The position numbers and the translations under genes were made by a program. A DNA stretch of 64,000 nucleotides, from the IMG/VR virus record IMGVR_UViG_3300037149_000105, positions 1-64,000 of that record. The stretch is one strand, 5' to 3'. This stretch comes from a virus. Positions 1 through 21,464 of the stretch are shown one piece after another (position 1 is the first letter of the stretch; every line of letters begins with the position of its first letter). A model generated the notes under the pieces. That model was not told where the DNA came from. It saw only the letters and a program-made list of their open reading frames with translations, and did not search any database.

Positions 1-2963
<2,963 letters not shown>

Positions 2964-2976
2964 CTTTTAGCCTTGT

Positions 2977-5900
2977 TTAGTAGAAAAGAAGCTGTCTAAA
3001 ATTCTCCAAGTTGGTTTCCCGATTGATCCAGAGGTAATTAAGTCCATCGTTTGTCTGAAAGATTTCCATTCGGTTTCCAAGGAGAGCTGTGGGGGCAGCA
3101 TAGGGATACATGCCCGCTCCATGAATATGGTTTGTCTTTAAGTCCATATAATACATTCTCTGGGTTGCTTCTTTGGTGAAGTAAAGTCTATCCTGACCGT
3201 CATAAGCATACATTGAGCCAGTAGACAGGGTTTCCGTCTGTGGAGAGGTTGGTATCATGTAAAATGTATCAGTCGTAATATCTAGTTTATCAAACCCAAC
3301 TGCTGCCCCGGCACGTGCCGCAATCCACCATTTTCCGGAGTTACTAGTATCCGATAAACCAAAAATACCTTCTATGCAAAAACCAGTTCCACGAACAGGC
3401 TGCTGGAGTAGTGCATATGAGGTGGCAAGAGTCACTGGGGCGGTTGTAATAGCTGTCATTGCAATAGTGCAATTGGTATTAGAGCCTACTGAGAACTCCT
3501 GAGATTGACCAGTGGCTCCAATCAACTTACATTTACGACCAGCAAACGCATTAACAACCCACATATAATCAAGGGCAGCATAGGTGAGGGTATTGGCTGC
3601 GGGGAGGGAGAGGAGGTATGTCCCAGTTCCACCATTCGCACCATTTGGCATCGTAGAGGTTAGCTGTTGGGTTATGACCGTGCCGACTGGGATGGCGCTT
3701 GTGGTGATGGCTTCAGCACCGACTGTGCCGGGGTAAGTAGACAGTGAATAAGTGGAAGACACAGCGTTAAGTGTCCCGGTGAGTAGACCTGTGATAGTCG
3801 TCCCTACCGGCACTGCTCCAGCCGTTACGATTGCTCCAATGGTGATGGCTCCCACGGCTGGGATTGTAGTTAGAGTCATTATGTTAGTTGCGAATGACGC
3901 CTGACCACCAAATGAGCCGGTTCCATTTGAAGCTGTGATAGCTCCGGCAACAATTGTTCCTGGTGAGGTTGATAAAGAGTATGTGGATGAAACAGCATTC
4001 AGGTTACCAGTGAGTAATCCAGTAATGTACGTCCCCGCTGGGATACTTGCAGAAGCACCAGTAATATATTGACCAACAGCTATTGACCCAAGAGTAGGAG
4101 CAACTGTTAAAGTCATCACATTGGTGGCGAATGATGCGGAGCCACCTGTTGCAAAGGTAAGATTTGAAGTTGTTACTGCCTGAGCAGCGATTGTTCCTGG
4201 TGAGGTTGATAATGTATATGTAGATGCGAGAACGTTTAAAGTTCCAGATGCAAGAGCAATAATAACGGCTCCATTTGCTGCTCCAGCGGACTGGATTGTT
4301 TGACCAATAGCAATTGAACCAGAGGTTGGAACAGTTGTAATGGTAGCTACGTTAGTAGCAAATGACATCTGCCCACCCGTAGAGCCAGTAGATGTAACCA
4401 ACATTCCTGGGTTGATCTGACCCTGTGGGTAACAGGTCACTGTTTCAGCCGCTATCGTGCCAACTCCAAAGTTAGAGATTACCGATTCAGCCGATTCTGT
4501 AGTCATTGCTGCGCTACAGAGATACACAGCACCAATAGTATTAGCTGTCCCAGAAGTTAAGGACACTATGGTTGTTCCAGCAGTAATACCAGTTCCTGAA
4601 ATAAGCTGACCAGGAGCGTATACACCAGTTGTGGGGACCGTAGTGATGGTCATGGAGGAGCCAGACAGAGAGCACTGACCACCTGCGGAAGCGATTGTTC
4701 CTTGGGGAGTCAATGTATATACGGCTCCAAGGGTATTTGCGGTTCCAGAAGTCAGTGCCGAGATGTAGGTATTGGGAAGAATGCCCACACCAGAGATAAG
4801 ATTTCCAACCTGGATAACCCCATTTACCGGAGGAACCGTAAGGGTCATTTGATTGTTGGCGAAGCTAGCGGTGAAGGTGACGGGGTTGATCGTCAGCGTA
4901 TTACTTCCAGCCGAGATCGAAGCATTTAGATTGCTTGCTTTTGTTGTGTCTGTTAATAGAGAGGTTGACTGAGTGCCAGTGGCAAGACCACAATCCATCA
5001 ACCCTGGTGTAGCTCTAGGGGTGAGGATGTAGCGAGTGGTGCCGGTGATGGGAGCGGTACCCGCCGCTACAAAAATTAATGCGTTGGCTGTGTTTGCCAA
5101 AACCTGAAGCACCTGTCCGGTGGCCAAACCAGTCGCAGCGGTCACGGCTGAAACAGTCATGTAGCACTGGTACCCGGCCCACTGATTTACTGTCCAATTT
5201 TTTGTGTAATCGGTGAGAACTGTGGTGTTTTGAACTCCAGCCACCGTATCGACGGCGGGGGTTCCGGCCATCGTATAGGTGAACTGAGTGGTTGAGGGGA
5301 CACTGTTGATTACGGCGGTGGTGTTGTAATTGGAATCTGTCATCCCCTTTACCGTGACCGACATACCTACCTTTAGGCAGTGTGGGAATGAAGTGGTGAT
5401 GGTGGCGTTGGTGGTAGCGTGAACCGCTGAAGCAATGCCAATTGGGCGCATAGTGCTATAAGTCACCACTGCGTTACAAGCTATACCTGAGTCCTGCCAT
5501 CTTCCTTCTGTCAGAAGGTCATCACTGTAGTTGTACATGAAGGTGGTGGCCTGCCCACCAATCATCAGGTAGGTCTTGTTACCATCTGGGAGGATGGAAT
5601 AAGTAGATGTGGTATCTGTGGTGGTTGCCAAGGGTTTAACTAGGGTTAAAGTGGTGGCAGTATTTGATGCAATCTGCATATACTGGCCCTTACCTGTCCC
5701 GAAGAGAATTTTAACCATAAAATTGGCCCATCTGTTTACTGGCCAAGTTTTAGTTGAATCGGTTAGGGTAGAGGTGCCTCCGGTGGTGAGGGTTCCGCAA
5801 TCATACCCTTCTATCACATAATCGGTGGTAGTGTCGGGTGGGGTGATGACGGTGGCAAAAGTTAGAACTGTGTTGGTGTTGGAGGCAATTTTTGATAACT

Positions 5901-6963
5901 GCCCTTCACCGGTTCCACCCGTGAAGTTAATGTAGTACCCAGCGAACTGATTCACTGCCCAATTTTGAGTAGTGTCAGTTAGGGTGGTGGCGGTTCCAGC
6001 GACTGTAGCGGTTCCTCTGGTCCACACAACAGCCGCATACCCAGCATGGTCACAGTTTCCATCAGTTCCAACTGCTGATACGTTTAGAGTATTAGCAGTT
6101 TTGATGTACCAAAGGTCCGAAGCAATGTCGTAGTATTGAAGAGTATAGAATGGAGTGGCCGCTGCACTAGAATATAAGGAAATGACCCCTGACTCAACCA
6201 TATACTGAGAGGTTTTATCAGGAGTGATCAACCATGGTGAATCAACTGTGACAACCGAAGACTCAATCACATAAATAGACTGGGAGCCAGCGGTTGCGAC
6301 AATGGCTGGTGAGGTGATGTTAGGATTACACCAAGTGCTTTGAGCGGATATGGTGGAGTCACCAAGGGTTAGGACCGTAGCCGAATTGTATAGAATTCTA
6401 CGAACTTGACCCACACCCGTTCCATACGAAATACGAAGCTGGTAGCCAGCCCATTGGTCGGGAGTCCAGGCTTTCGTAGCATCAGTAATGGTGAAGGAAC
6501 CTAAAACGTTATTCACAGCCGTAGGGACGCCAGTTTCAACGATCACGGGCTCATTAACGTATGAAATGATTCTACGTTGCCCCATACCGGTCCCACCAAT
6601 AATTTTTACATCATAACCTCTAAAAGAGCCAGAAGAATAAGCTGGAATAGTCAGAGTGTTGGAGGTAGCCCCCAAGACAAACCCTTCTATGCCCTGACAC
6701 TGTTCAAATTCTATATCCGCCCATGTGGCTGGAGCAATGGGTGGGGTTTGAAGTTGTTCAAACGTATCCGTATAGGTGTCATAACGCCAAAAGTTAGCAG
6801 CAGTAATCAAGTAGTAGATATACCTACCTTGTATTTTGTTGTACTGGCTATTATTAGCTGAGCAGGTGCAAGATGGGACTGCTGATGCGATTGGAGAGAA
6901 GCGAAGCCATTCCCAGACAGGGAGGTCAACCTGCTTGCGTAAAGTGTTAATAAGTGATGTCAT
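2977..6963 (-). CDS. Large virion structural/fibre-tip protein: split beta-propeller-like termini with internal repeats
   Basis: 1328 aa, Thr/Gly/Ser-rich; repeats TLTD.T..W.VNQ(W/F)AG...GTG.GQ...I.SNT and GGQASFATN.MTLT...STYSLST.PGT; kelch-like terminal segments (FWRYDTYTDTF, YDGQDRLYF). Confidence 0.7.
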   Translation of the reverse strand: MTSLINTLRKQVDLPVWEWLRFSPIASAVPSCTCSANNSQYNKIQGRYIYYLITAANFWRYDTYTDTFEQLQTPPIAPATWADIEFEQCQGIEGFVLGATSNTLTIPAYSSGSFRGYDVKIIGGTGMGQRRIISYVNEPVIVETGVPTAVNNVLGSFTITDATKAWTPDQWAGYQLRISYGTGVGQVRRILYNSATVLTLGDSTISAQSTWCNPNITSPAIVATAGSQSIYVIESSVVTVDSPWLITPDKTSQYMVESGVISLYSSAAATPFYTLQYYDIASDLWYIKTANTLNVSAVGTDGNCDHAGYAAVVWTRGTATVAGTATTLTDTTQNWAVNQFAGYYINFTGGTGEGQLSKIASNTNTVLTFATVITPPDTTTDYVIEGYDCGTLTTGGTSTLTDSTKTWPVNRWANFMVKILFGTGKGQYMQIASNTATTLTLVKPLATTTDTTSTYSILPDGNKTYLMIGGQATTFMYNYSDDLLTEGRWQDSGIACNAVVTYSTMRPIGIASAVHATTNATITTSFPHCLKVGMSVTVKGMTDSNYNTTAVINSVPSTTQFTYTMAGTPAVDTVAGVQNTTVLTDYTKNWTVNQWAGYQCYMTVSAVTAATGLATGQVLQVLANTANALIFVAAGTAPITGTTRYILTPRATPGLMDCGLATGTQSTSLLTDTTKASNLNASISAGSNTLTINPVTFTASFANNQMTLTVPPVNGVIQVGNLISGVGILPNTYISALTSGTANTLGAVYTLTPQGTIASAGGQCSLSGSSMTITTVPTTGVYAPGQLISGTGITAGTTIVSLTSGTANTIGAVYLCSAAMTTESAESVISNFGVGTIAAETVTCYPQGQINPGMLVTSTGSTGGQMSFATNVATITTVPTSGSIAIGQTIQSAGAANGAVIIALASGTLNVLASTYTLSTSPGTIAAQAVTTSNLTFATGGSASFATNVMTLTVAPTLGSIAVGQYITGASASIPAGTYITGLLTGNLNAVSSTYSLSTSPGTIVAGAITASNGTGSFGGQASFATNIMTLTTIPAVGAITIGAIVTAGAVPVGTTITGLLTGTLNAVSSTYSLSTYPGTVGAEAITTSAIPVGTVITQQLTSTMPNGANGGTGTYLLSLPAANTLTYAALDYMWVVNAFAGRKCKLIGATGQSQEFSVGSNTNCTIAMTAITTAPVTLATSYALLQQPVRGTGFCIEGIFGLSDTSNSGKWWIAARAGAAVGFDKLDITTDTFYMIPTSPQTETLSTGSMYAYDGQDRLYFTKEATQRMYYMDLKTNHIHGAGMYPYAAPTALLGNRMEIFQTNDGLNYLWINRETNLENFRQLLFY

Positions 6964-6965
6964 AT

Positions 6966-7493
6966 TTATATATCCTTTCTGTATTTAAGTTCTTTACTTC
7001 TTTTTATAGTATCTTTCATTTTTTGCTTAGTTTCCTCTGAGTGTTTTTTACCTTGCCAAAAAGTGTTTCCTTTTTTTCTTTCTGACATTTTTAATTTAAA
7101 CTCATCTGAATGTTTGTATCCTAAACTATTTTTATGCCCACAACTATGTTTATTCCCTTTATTAAGTTCTCTCATTTTTTGCTTAGTTTCCTCAGATATA
7201 TGAGCACCTAAACTTGAGCCAGCTATTGAGTTCATATTATAACAATTTATTTGATTATCAAAATATTTATTGATATAATGTTGTTCCATACCAAGTAAAC
7301 AGGAAATTGGACATTCGCAAATGATCTCAAATACCATTTCTTTGTATTTATTCCAAGCATTTTGGAGATATTTATTTTTATGTATATTTTTATTTAACTG
7401 ATTTTTATGGTTAGTCCAACGACTTTTAAAGTTTATAGCAGAGCCTATGTAGGTTTTGCCGTTAATGGTGATACTGTAGATTCCGCTAGCCAT
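6966..7493 (-). CDS. Free-standing GIY-YIG homing endonuclease with NUMOD3-like repeats
   Basis: GIYSITINGKTYIGSA...RW..H motif and three HS(E/D)E.K.KM-type repeats; very AT-rich. Likely start is ATG 7493, right after the upstream stop, rather than 7568. Confidence 0.9.
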   Translation of the reverse strand: MASGIYSITINGKTYIGSAINFKSRWTNHKNQLNKNIHKNKYLQNAWNKYKEMVFEIICECPISCLLGMEQHYINKYFDNQINCYNMNSIAGSSLGAHISEETKQKMRELNKGNKHSCGHKNSLGYKHSDEFKLKMSERKKGNTFWQGKKHSEETKQKMKDTIKRSKELKYRKDI

Positions 7494-7495
7494 GA

Positions 7496-8086
7496 TCAAT
7501 TTCCAAACTGTAACTGGGAACGAATTGCAATTGCATAGGATTGTCTTGCTATATCTATAAAAGTCCACTCAGGATTGCCCCCACCTAGGGTTGCAATGTT
7601 GCCAACTGGAACTGGGTTTGAAATGGTGCTGAGGGTGGTAACAGCAGTGACACCGGTAACTGTGCTAACAGTGCCTAGGGTGAGACTTCCAGTGATTGCA
7701 TCAATTGTGACTCTCTGCCTCTGTGCCACATCCTGTGTGGCCATTGGTTCTAGCAAATCACAAATTCTTTGAAGTAGGAGATGGGTGTAAGCATCGTTCA
7801 TTGCAGCGTTATCATTTGGAGCAGTCGTAGGTAGGTCGATGTAAATCTGCAATGGGTCAGTGTTCAACATCGAAGTTGTGTTAAAGTCTAGAGTCAGAAC
7901 ATTACCCACCAGGATTCCACCATTAGGGGTTGGATCTGCAAAATTGTATATGATGATATTTGGGTTCTCATTGGTTATGAGCAGAATTTGCTCTAGTGCA
8001 AACGGAGGGAGACCATTGAAGGTAATGGTCTGTGCCGCAGCGTTGAATTCGTATTGCCCAATGTCATGACCGATAAGTGTTTTCAT
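7496..8086 (-). CDS. Virion structural protein, probable fibre adaptor/tip
   Basis: 196 aa; YEFNAAAQTITF...ILLITN..NIIIYNFADP; directly follows the fibre ending in AVAMAVALG. Confidence 0.6.
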   Translation of the reverse strand: MKTLIGHDIGQYEFNAAAQTITFNGLPPFALEQILLITNENPNIIIYNFADPTPNGGILVGNVLTLDFNTTSMLNTDPLQIYIDLPTTAPNDNAAMNDAYTHLLLQRICDLLEPMATQDVAQRQRVTIDAITGSLTLGTVSTVTGVTAVTTLSTISNPVPVGNIATLGGGNPEWTFIDIARQSYAIAIRSQLQFGN

Positions 8087-8089
8087 ATT

Positions 8090-10333
<2,244 letters not shown>

Positions 10334-10344
10334 CCCAACGGTTA

Positions 10345-10365
10345 CCTCATCAAAGAATTAGGAAG
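10345..10365 (-). promoter_or_regulatory. Putative late promoter/leader motif CTTYY-N10/11-NNGAGG
   Basis: CTTCC TAATTCTTTG ATGAGG; same pattern at 21064-21084(-), 25591-25611(-), 42498-42519(-) and 56765-56786(+), each before a structural gene. Confidence 0.55.
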
Positions 10366-10396
10366 TTTTATCTTGCTCGAAAGTTAGGATGAGCCA

Positions 10397-10738
10397 TTAT
10401 TTATGGCCCTTCGGCCAGAGGACTCCGTAAAGAGGGCGAATCGGTTCACTAATCGGCCCCGCCGCGATGTATTTTGCGTCAAAAGAAAGATTCCCGATGG
10501 TACCCCCATTCAAAATAGGTTTGTAAAGGGATGAGGTCATCGTATCCACCTCAGTTGAAGCAAATAGGGCTTTGGGATAGACCTGGGAAGCGGCGGGGAG
10601 GAAACCTGGATTAAAAAGAATAAATCTATTCGAATAGACAGGTATTTGAGTCATCACAGCATTCACATAGGAGAAGGATTTGGTGTAAACCCCTCCCAAT
10701 CCAACGCTGTAAGCCTGTTGACTCGAAATAACTGCCAT
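10397..10738 (-). CDS. Small cassette protein C2 (113 aa, ends GVLWPKGHK)
   Basis: ATG overlaps the upstream TAA (TAATG); shares MA(V/I)I....YSVG start and RP..GV.WP end with 12521-12709. Confidence 0.7.
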   Translation of the reverse strand: MAVISSQQAYSVGLGGVYTKSFSYVNAVMTQIPVYSNRFILFNPGFLPAASQVYPKALFASTEVDTMTSSLYKPILNGGTIGNLSFDAKYIAAGPISEPIRPLYGVLWPKGHK

Positions 10739-11634
10739 TAATCCCACCTAACTAAGAGAGACATTTGCGAGGCCCCTCCATTTGTCACCAGATTGGTGGC
10801 ACATCCGACTGGCATGGAAATCCAACTATGGATTGTCCCATAAATGGGGATCGTGACGACTGAAAAAGGACTGATATCCCCCGGATAATTCACCATGAAC
10901 CCTTGAATTGGGTAGTGGACGATCTGGCCAACTGGGTAGATCAACCCAACATAAGAGTTGTTCCCTCCATTAGTCCATGTGGTAGACGTATTGGAAGTAT
11001 TGGCGAAAATGGTAGGAATTCCGCTGGAGTTGGAATAGTTGGCCACTGGTTGGGTTCCGGTGAAATAAAGGACTTGTTGACCATTACTGATATAAGTGCT
11101 GGATCCCACATAACTCTTCACCCATGTGAATACCAAGCCGGTGGTGCTGTCCGTTCCAGAGACGGTTTGAATCCGCTCAATTGATAAAAAATCATCATAA
11201 GCAGGTGAGCCATAATTATAGCTAAGTGCCATGGTCAATCGGGATGAAGACCCACTGATGCCCGAAATATAACCTGCTCCAATTTCTTGAGTCTGAATCT
11301 GAGAAGTTTGTATCCCTCCAATCACACCCGCTCCATTCGTGCTGGTGCCTACCTGAACCCATAAGGATGGGTAACCGGCGTTGGAGGCGGTGCCAAAGTC
11401 TACTCGGATGAAGCAGGGATAGGAGCCCTGGTTGGGATCATTAAACGCATACATCGCATAGCCAGCTTTGGTGTTAGCTAACCCTGGGTAGACTGCGGTA
11501 GAAAAAACAATCTGTCCCGTATCAGCCGTCTGCACCAGTCCAGTCGCAAGAATGGCAGTATGCACCTGAAGAGCCCACGCTTCGAAGAGAACGTTGGAGG
11601 CAATCGCCACAGTATTCCATGTTGTCAAAGTCAT
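10738..11634 (-). CDS. Fibre-tip/structural paralog B2 (298 aa, ends RWD)
   Basis: Family motifs AILA.GLVQTADTGQI, YPC(F/Y)I..(D/E)(F/Y)G, GT.TNGAGVI, SG.(S/T)SRLT, ERIQ...G.D.TTGLVF and terminal RWD. Confidence 0.75.
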   Translation of the reverse strand: MTLTTWNTVAIASNVLFEAWALQVHTAILATGLVQTADTGQIVFSTAVYPGLANTKAGYAMYAFNDPNQGSYPCFIRVDFGTASNAGYPSLWVQVGTSTNGAGVIGGIQTSQIQTQEIGAGYISGISGSSSRLTMALSYNYGSPAYDDFLSIERIQTVSGTDSTTGLVFTWVKSYVGSSTYISNGQQVLYFTGTQPVANYSNSSGIPTIFANTSNTSTTWTNGGNNSYVGLIYPVGQIVHYPIQGFMVNYPGDISPFSVVTIPIYGTIHSWISMPVGCATNLVTNGGASQMSLLVRWD

Positions 11635-11635
11635 T

Positions 11636-12511
11636 TTAATCCCACCTTGTCAGAATTGAGGCTGTGGCCTGGAGATTATAGAGCGTTCCGATATTTGCAC
11701 TCCCAATCGCCAGGAAGTTATGATTGGTGCCATAAATACTTACGGTGAACTGGTTTCCAACCGTTAGGTCAGCATTGAAATAGGTGAGGCCCCCCTGTAC
11801 GGCTGGGTGAACCCCGAATCCTATAGGAAGTATGGGGCCGGTGCCGGTATTCGCTCCCACCACCCAGGTCGTTGCGGTAGGTTGATTGATCATCATCGTC
11901 CCGACTGACGTAGACGCATAGGGCTGTGGATTGGTGAAGTAAATAACCTGATCGAAATTGCCGGTGATTCCGAGATTACGACTAGCCTGTATAAACACCA
12001 ATCCAGTGGTCGTATCTGCTCCGGCTGAATTCTGAATTCGTTCCACAGTGAACCAGTTGGCAACGGTGGTGCCCCCATTCGTACACCATCCGAGTGTCAA
12101 ACGACTAGTGGAGCCACTCACACCAGAAATAAAGGTGCCTGCCGTAGCTGCGCTGCACTGAATCTGATAACGAGAAGTGCTAATGGGAGTAATCACACCC
12201 GCACCATTAGTGCCGGTGCCTACGGTGATCCATAACGAACAAGAAGTGGTGGCCACGCCTCCGGAACCGTATTCCACCTTGATATAGCAGGGGTAGGAGC
12301 CTTGATAGGTGTCATTGAAGGTAAAGATCTGGTAACCGACAGCCGTGTTAATCACACCAGAACGCACTGCGGTCGCAAAATTGATCTGACCCGTATCGGC
12401 TGTCTGGACTAGGCCGACAGCCAGAATAGCAGTGCTGATAGCTTGCATTTCGGTGCGCCATAGTGCATCAGTGGTGACGTTTACAGTGCTGGTCCATGTA
12501 GAGAGTGTCAT
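11636..12511 (-). CDS. Fibre-tip/structural paralog A2 (291 aa, ends RWD)
   Basis: Same family; [16 protein letters not shown] shared with 13611-14489. Confidence 0.75.
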   Translation of the reverse strand: MTLSTWTSTVNVTTDALWRTEMQAISTAILAVGLVQTADTGQINFATAVRSGVINTAVGYQIFTFNDTYQGSYPCYIKVEYGSGGVATTSCSLWITVGTGTNGAGVITPISTSRYQIQCSAATAGTFISGVSGSTSRLTLGWCTNGGTTVANWFTVERIQNSAGADTTTGLVFIQASRNLGITGNFDQVIYFTNPQPYASTSVGTMMINQPTATTWVVGANTGTGPILPIGFGVHPAVQGGLTYFNADLTVGNQFTVSIYGTNHNFLAIGSANIGTLYNLQATASILTRWD

Positions 12512-12520
12512 TCTAACTCC

Positions 12521-12709
12521 TTAAGGGGCTTTTCGGGGCCATACGACCCCTGTAGTGGGTCGGGCGGGGTGGCTACAAGCTGAAGATTCATATAATATTT
12601 TAGTGAGACCGGGAGGAATAATAGGGGGAAAGGCACTGATTGAGATGATTTTGTCAAATGGGCTCACAATCCCCACACTATAGACAGAGGTATTAGTGAT
12701 TATGGCCAT
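12521..12709 (-). CDS. Small cassette protein C1 (62 aa, ends GVVWPRKAP)
   Basis: ATG overlaps the upstream TGA (TGATG); paralog of 10397-10738. Confidence 0.65.
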   Translation of the reverse strand: MAIITNTSVYSVGIVSPFDKIISISAFPPIIPPGLTKILYESSACSHPARPTTGVVWPRKAP

Positions 12710-13611
12710 CAGTCCCACCTCACTAGAAGATTGACCACTGAGGCGGTCTGATAGAGCCAGGATTGAGCAAACACGGCCCATTGATGGCTGGTCCCATATA
12801 TAGAGACGGGAAGGAGGTAGTTGGGGGCTGGAAAATCGGCCAGAAAGCCCACCATGAGTCCTTGTATAGGGGGGTGAAGAGTATAACCAACCGGGTAGAC
12901 GGGAGAGGTGAAACAGAAATTACCATTGGCCCAAGCTGTGGTGTTAAAAGGGAGAATAATGGGGGGTATGCCTCCTGATGTGCTATTATTATAGAAAGCC
13001 GCTGGCTGTATTCCAGAAAAATAAAGAACCTGCTGCCCGTGATAGGGGAAGGAGTTCTGACTAGCGTTGAATTTTATCCAGGTGAACACTAGTCCTGTAG
13101 TAGTGTCGGCTCCTGCGGTGCTCTGAATACGTTCCACGGAGAGAGCGGAGATGCCAGTTGATCCGGTTTGGTTATACCTAGACACCAAAGTCAATCTGGA
13201 GGACGTTCCGCTAGCCGCCCCCACAGCATTGGCCTCACTGTACAACTGGATATTGACATTAATTGTTGGAGATGTGATAGATCCGATTACCCCGGCTCCG
13301 TTTGTGGATGTTCCGACCGTCATCCATATGGCAATACCAAGGGAACTAAATCCCGTGTCGTCTACCCCATAATCAATTCGAATAAAACAAGGGTAAGAGG
13401 CTTGATAAGTATCATTAAATGAGTAAATAGCATACCCTGATTTAGCATTACGAGATTCAGAGGGAGTTACGGTAGCGAAATTGATCTGACCCGTATCTGT
13501 GGTCTGAATCAATCCTACGGCAAGAATTGCGTTGTGTACCTGAAGACAAGTGGCTATCCACCCAGTTGGGTTGGTAGGAACTCCTGCTGTGGTGTAGAGT
13601 GATAGGGTCAT
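12709..13611 (-). CDS. Fibre-tip/structural paralog B1 (300 aa, ends RWD)
   Basis: Same family; TAATG coupling; GLVFTW.K, GQQVLYF.G.QP and YPVG shared with B2. Confidence 0.75.
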   Translation of the reverse strand: MTLSLYTTAGVPTNPTGWIATCLQVHNAILAVGLIQTTDTGQINFATVTPSESRNAKSGYAIYSFNDTYQASYPCFIRIDYGVDDTGFSSLGIAIWMTVGTSTNGAGVIGSITSPTINVNIQLYSEANAVGAASGTSSRLTLVSRYNQTGSTGISALSVERIQSTAGADTTTGLVFTWIKFNASQNSFPYHGQQVLYFSGIQPAAFYNNSTSGGIPPIILPFNTTAWANGNFCFTSPVYPVGYTLHPPIQGLMVGFLADFPAPNYLLPVSIYGTSHQWAVFAQSWLYQTASVVNLLVRWD

Positions 13612-14485
13612 TAATCCCACCTCGCCAAAATACCAGCCGAAGCATTGAAATTGGTCAAACTAGAGGGGGCTGCTCCGAGTGCAAGATAGTTGTGTGGTGT
13701 CCCATAAACAGAAATAGAAGGGATGGACTGGGCCGAAATGTCTCCTTGGAAATAAAGTAGCCCACCTTGAATACACGGATGGGCACCAAACCCAAGGGGG
13801 AGTATAGGGCCGGTGCCGGTATTCGCTCCCACCACCCAGGTGGTCCCCGCTGGTTGATTGGGCATCAATGAGCCGAGGGCTGTGGTGGGAGGGGGCTGGT
13901 AACCTGAGTAGTAGACGACTTGAGACCCGCTGATTGGGGAGGCACCTGCACCATGCTGTGCATAGGCCAATACAATGCCTTGGCTCGTATCCGCACCGGC
14001 TGTGCTCTGGAGCCTCTCCACACTGAACCATATGGATAGGTAATTAGGATTGCCATTGAACAGCATAATGGAAGCAGTAAGCCTACTGGTTGAACCACTG
14101 ACTCCTCCTGGTGTCAATACATTAGTCTGAGCGGAGGGTAGAGCAATTCTAGAGGTCTGGCTATTTCCAGTTATTACCCCCGCTCCGTTTGTAGCAAACC
14201 CAACTGTTACCCACAGTCCTAGCTGGGTATAATTTGCAGTCCCCGCCCCATATTCAATTTTAATATAAACTGGGTAGGTGGCCTGTAACGCATCCGAAAA
14301 AGCGTAAATGATATAACCAGAGGCGTTATTGGCCACTGATCGGGTCAGAGAAGGAAAACTGATCTGCCCCACATCAGCAGTCTGCACCAGACCTACGGCA
14401 AGAATTGCGTTATGAATTGCGAGGCAATCTGTCTGAAACGCAGCATCCGTTGAATAACTATTTGTGGTGTTGAATTGTGAGAGTG

Positions 14486-14489
<4 letters not shown>
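13611..14489 (-). CDS. Fibre-tip/structural paralog A1 (292 aa, ends RWD)
   Basis: Same family; ATGA overlap with the 2188-aa fibre gene. Confidence 0.75.
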
Positions 14490-21052
<6,563 letters not shown>

Positions 21053-21104
21053 GCCAAAAACTACCTCATTGGAGAAACAGGAAGCTGGGTTCCCTCACCC
21101 TCGT

Positions 21105-21452
21105 TTAATCTAAACCTCTAGGGTAAATCTGACCAAAAGCTGGAATATTCCCATTTTGAGCCTGATAGACAGCCGGAAAGGTGGTCACACCAATCGTCCC
21201 ACATCTGGATTCAACCTCCCCCACCGGAACAGCCCCATTCAGATAGCTATGAAAAATGGGGGCCTGAGCAGAGGTAAAGGCGGTCACTAATACAAATCTA
21301 GGGACTAATATTCGAGGGTTCAGAAAAACGGGTGAAAAAGCCGCGAACATTTTGGGAGGGGATATCAAATTGTTGGTAGAGGACGGACCGTTCGTCCAAA
21401 AGGTTTGGTAACCGATTGGGGGAAGAAGATTTTTTGCAGGGGAAGTACCCAT
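21105..21452 (-). CDS. Small protein (115 aa, ends GQIYPRGLD), similar in C-terminus to C1/C2
   Basis: G..(W/Y)P(R/K) C-terminal motif and same position after a tip gene. Confidence 0.6.
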   Translation of the reverse strand: MGTSPAKNLLPPIGYQTFWTNGPSSTNNLISPPKMFAAFSPVFLNPRILVPRFVLVTAFTSAQAPIFHSYLNGAVPVGEVESRCGTIGVTTFPAVYQAQNGNIPAFGQIYPRGLD

Positions 21453-21464
21453 CAGAACCTCATG

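Noticed and set aside
6966-7493. GIY-YIG gene as part of a group I intron
   Set aside because: Flanking genes have their own stop and start within 2-3 nt, leaving no room for an intron core
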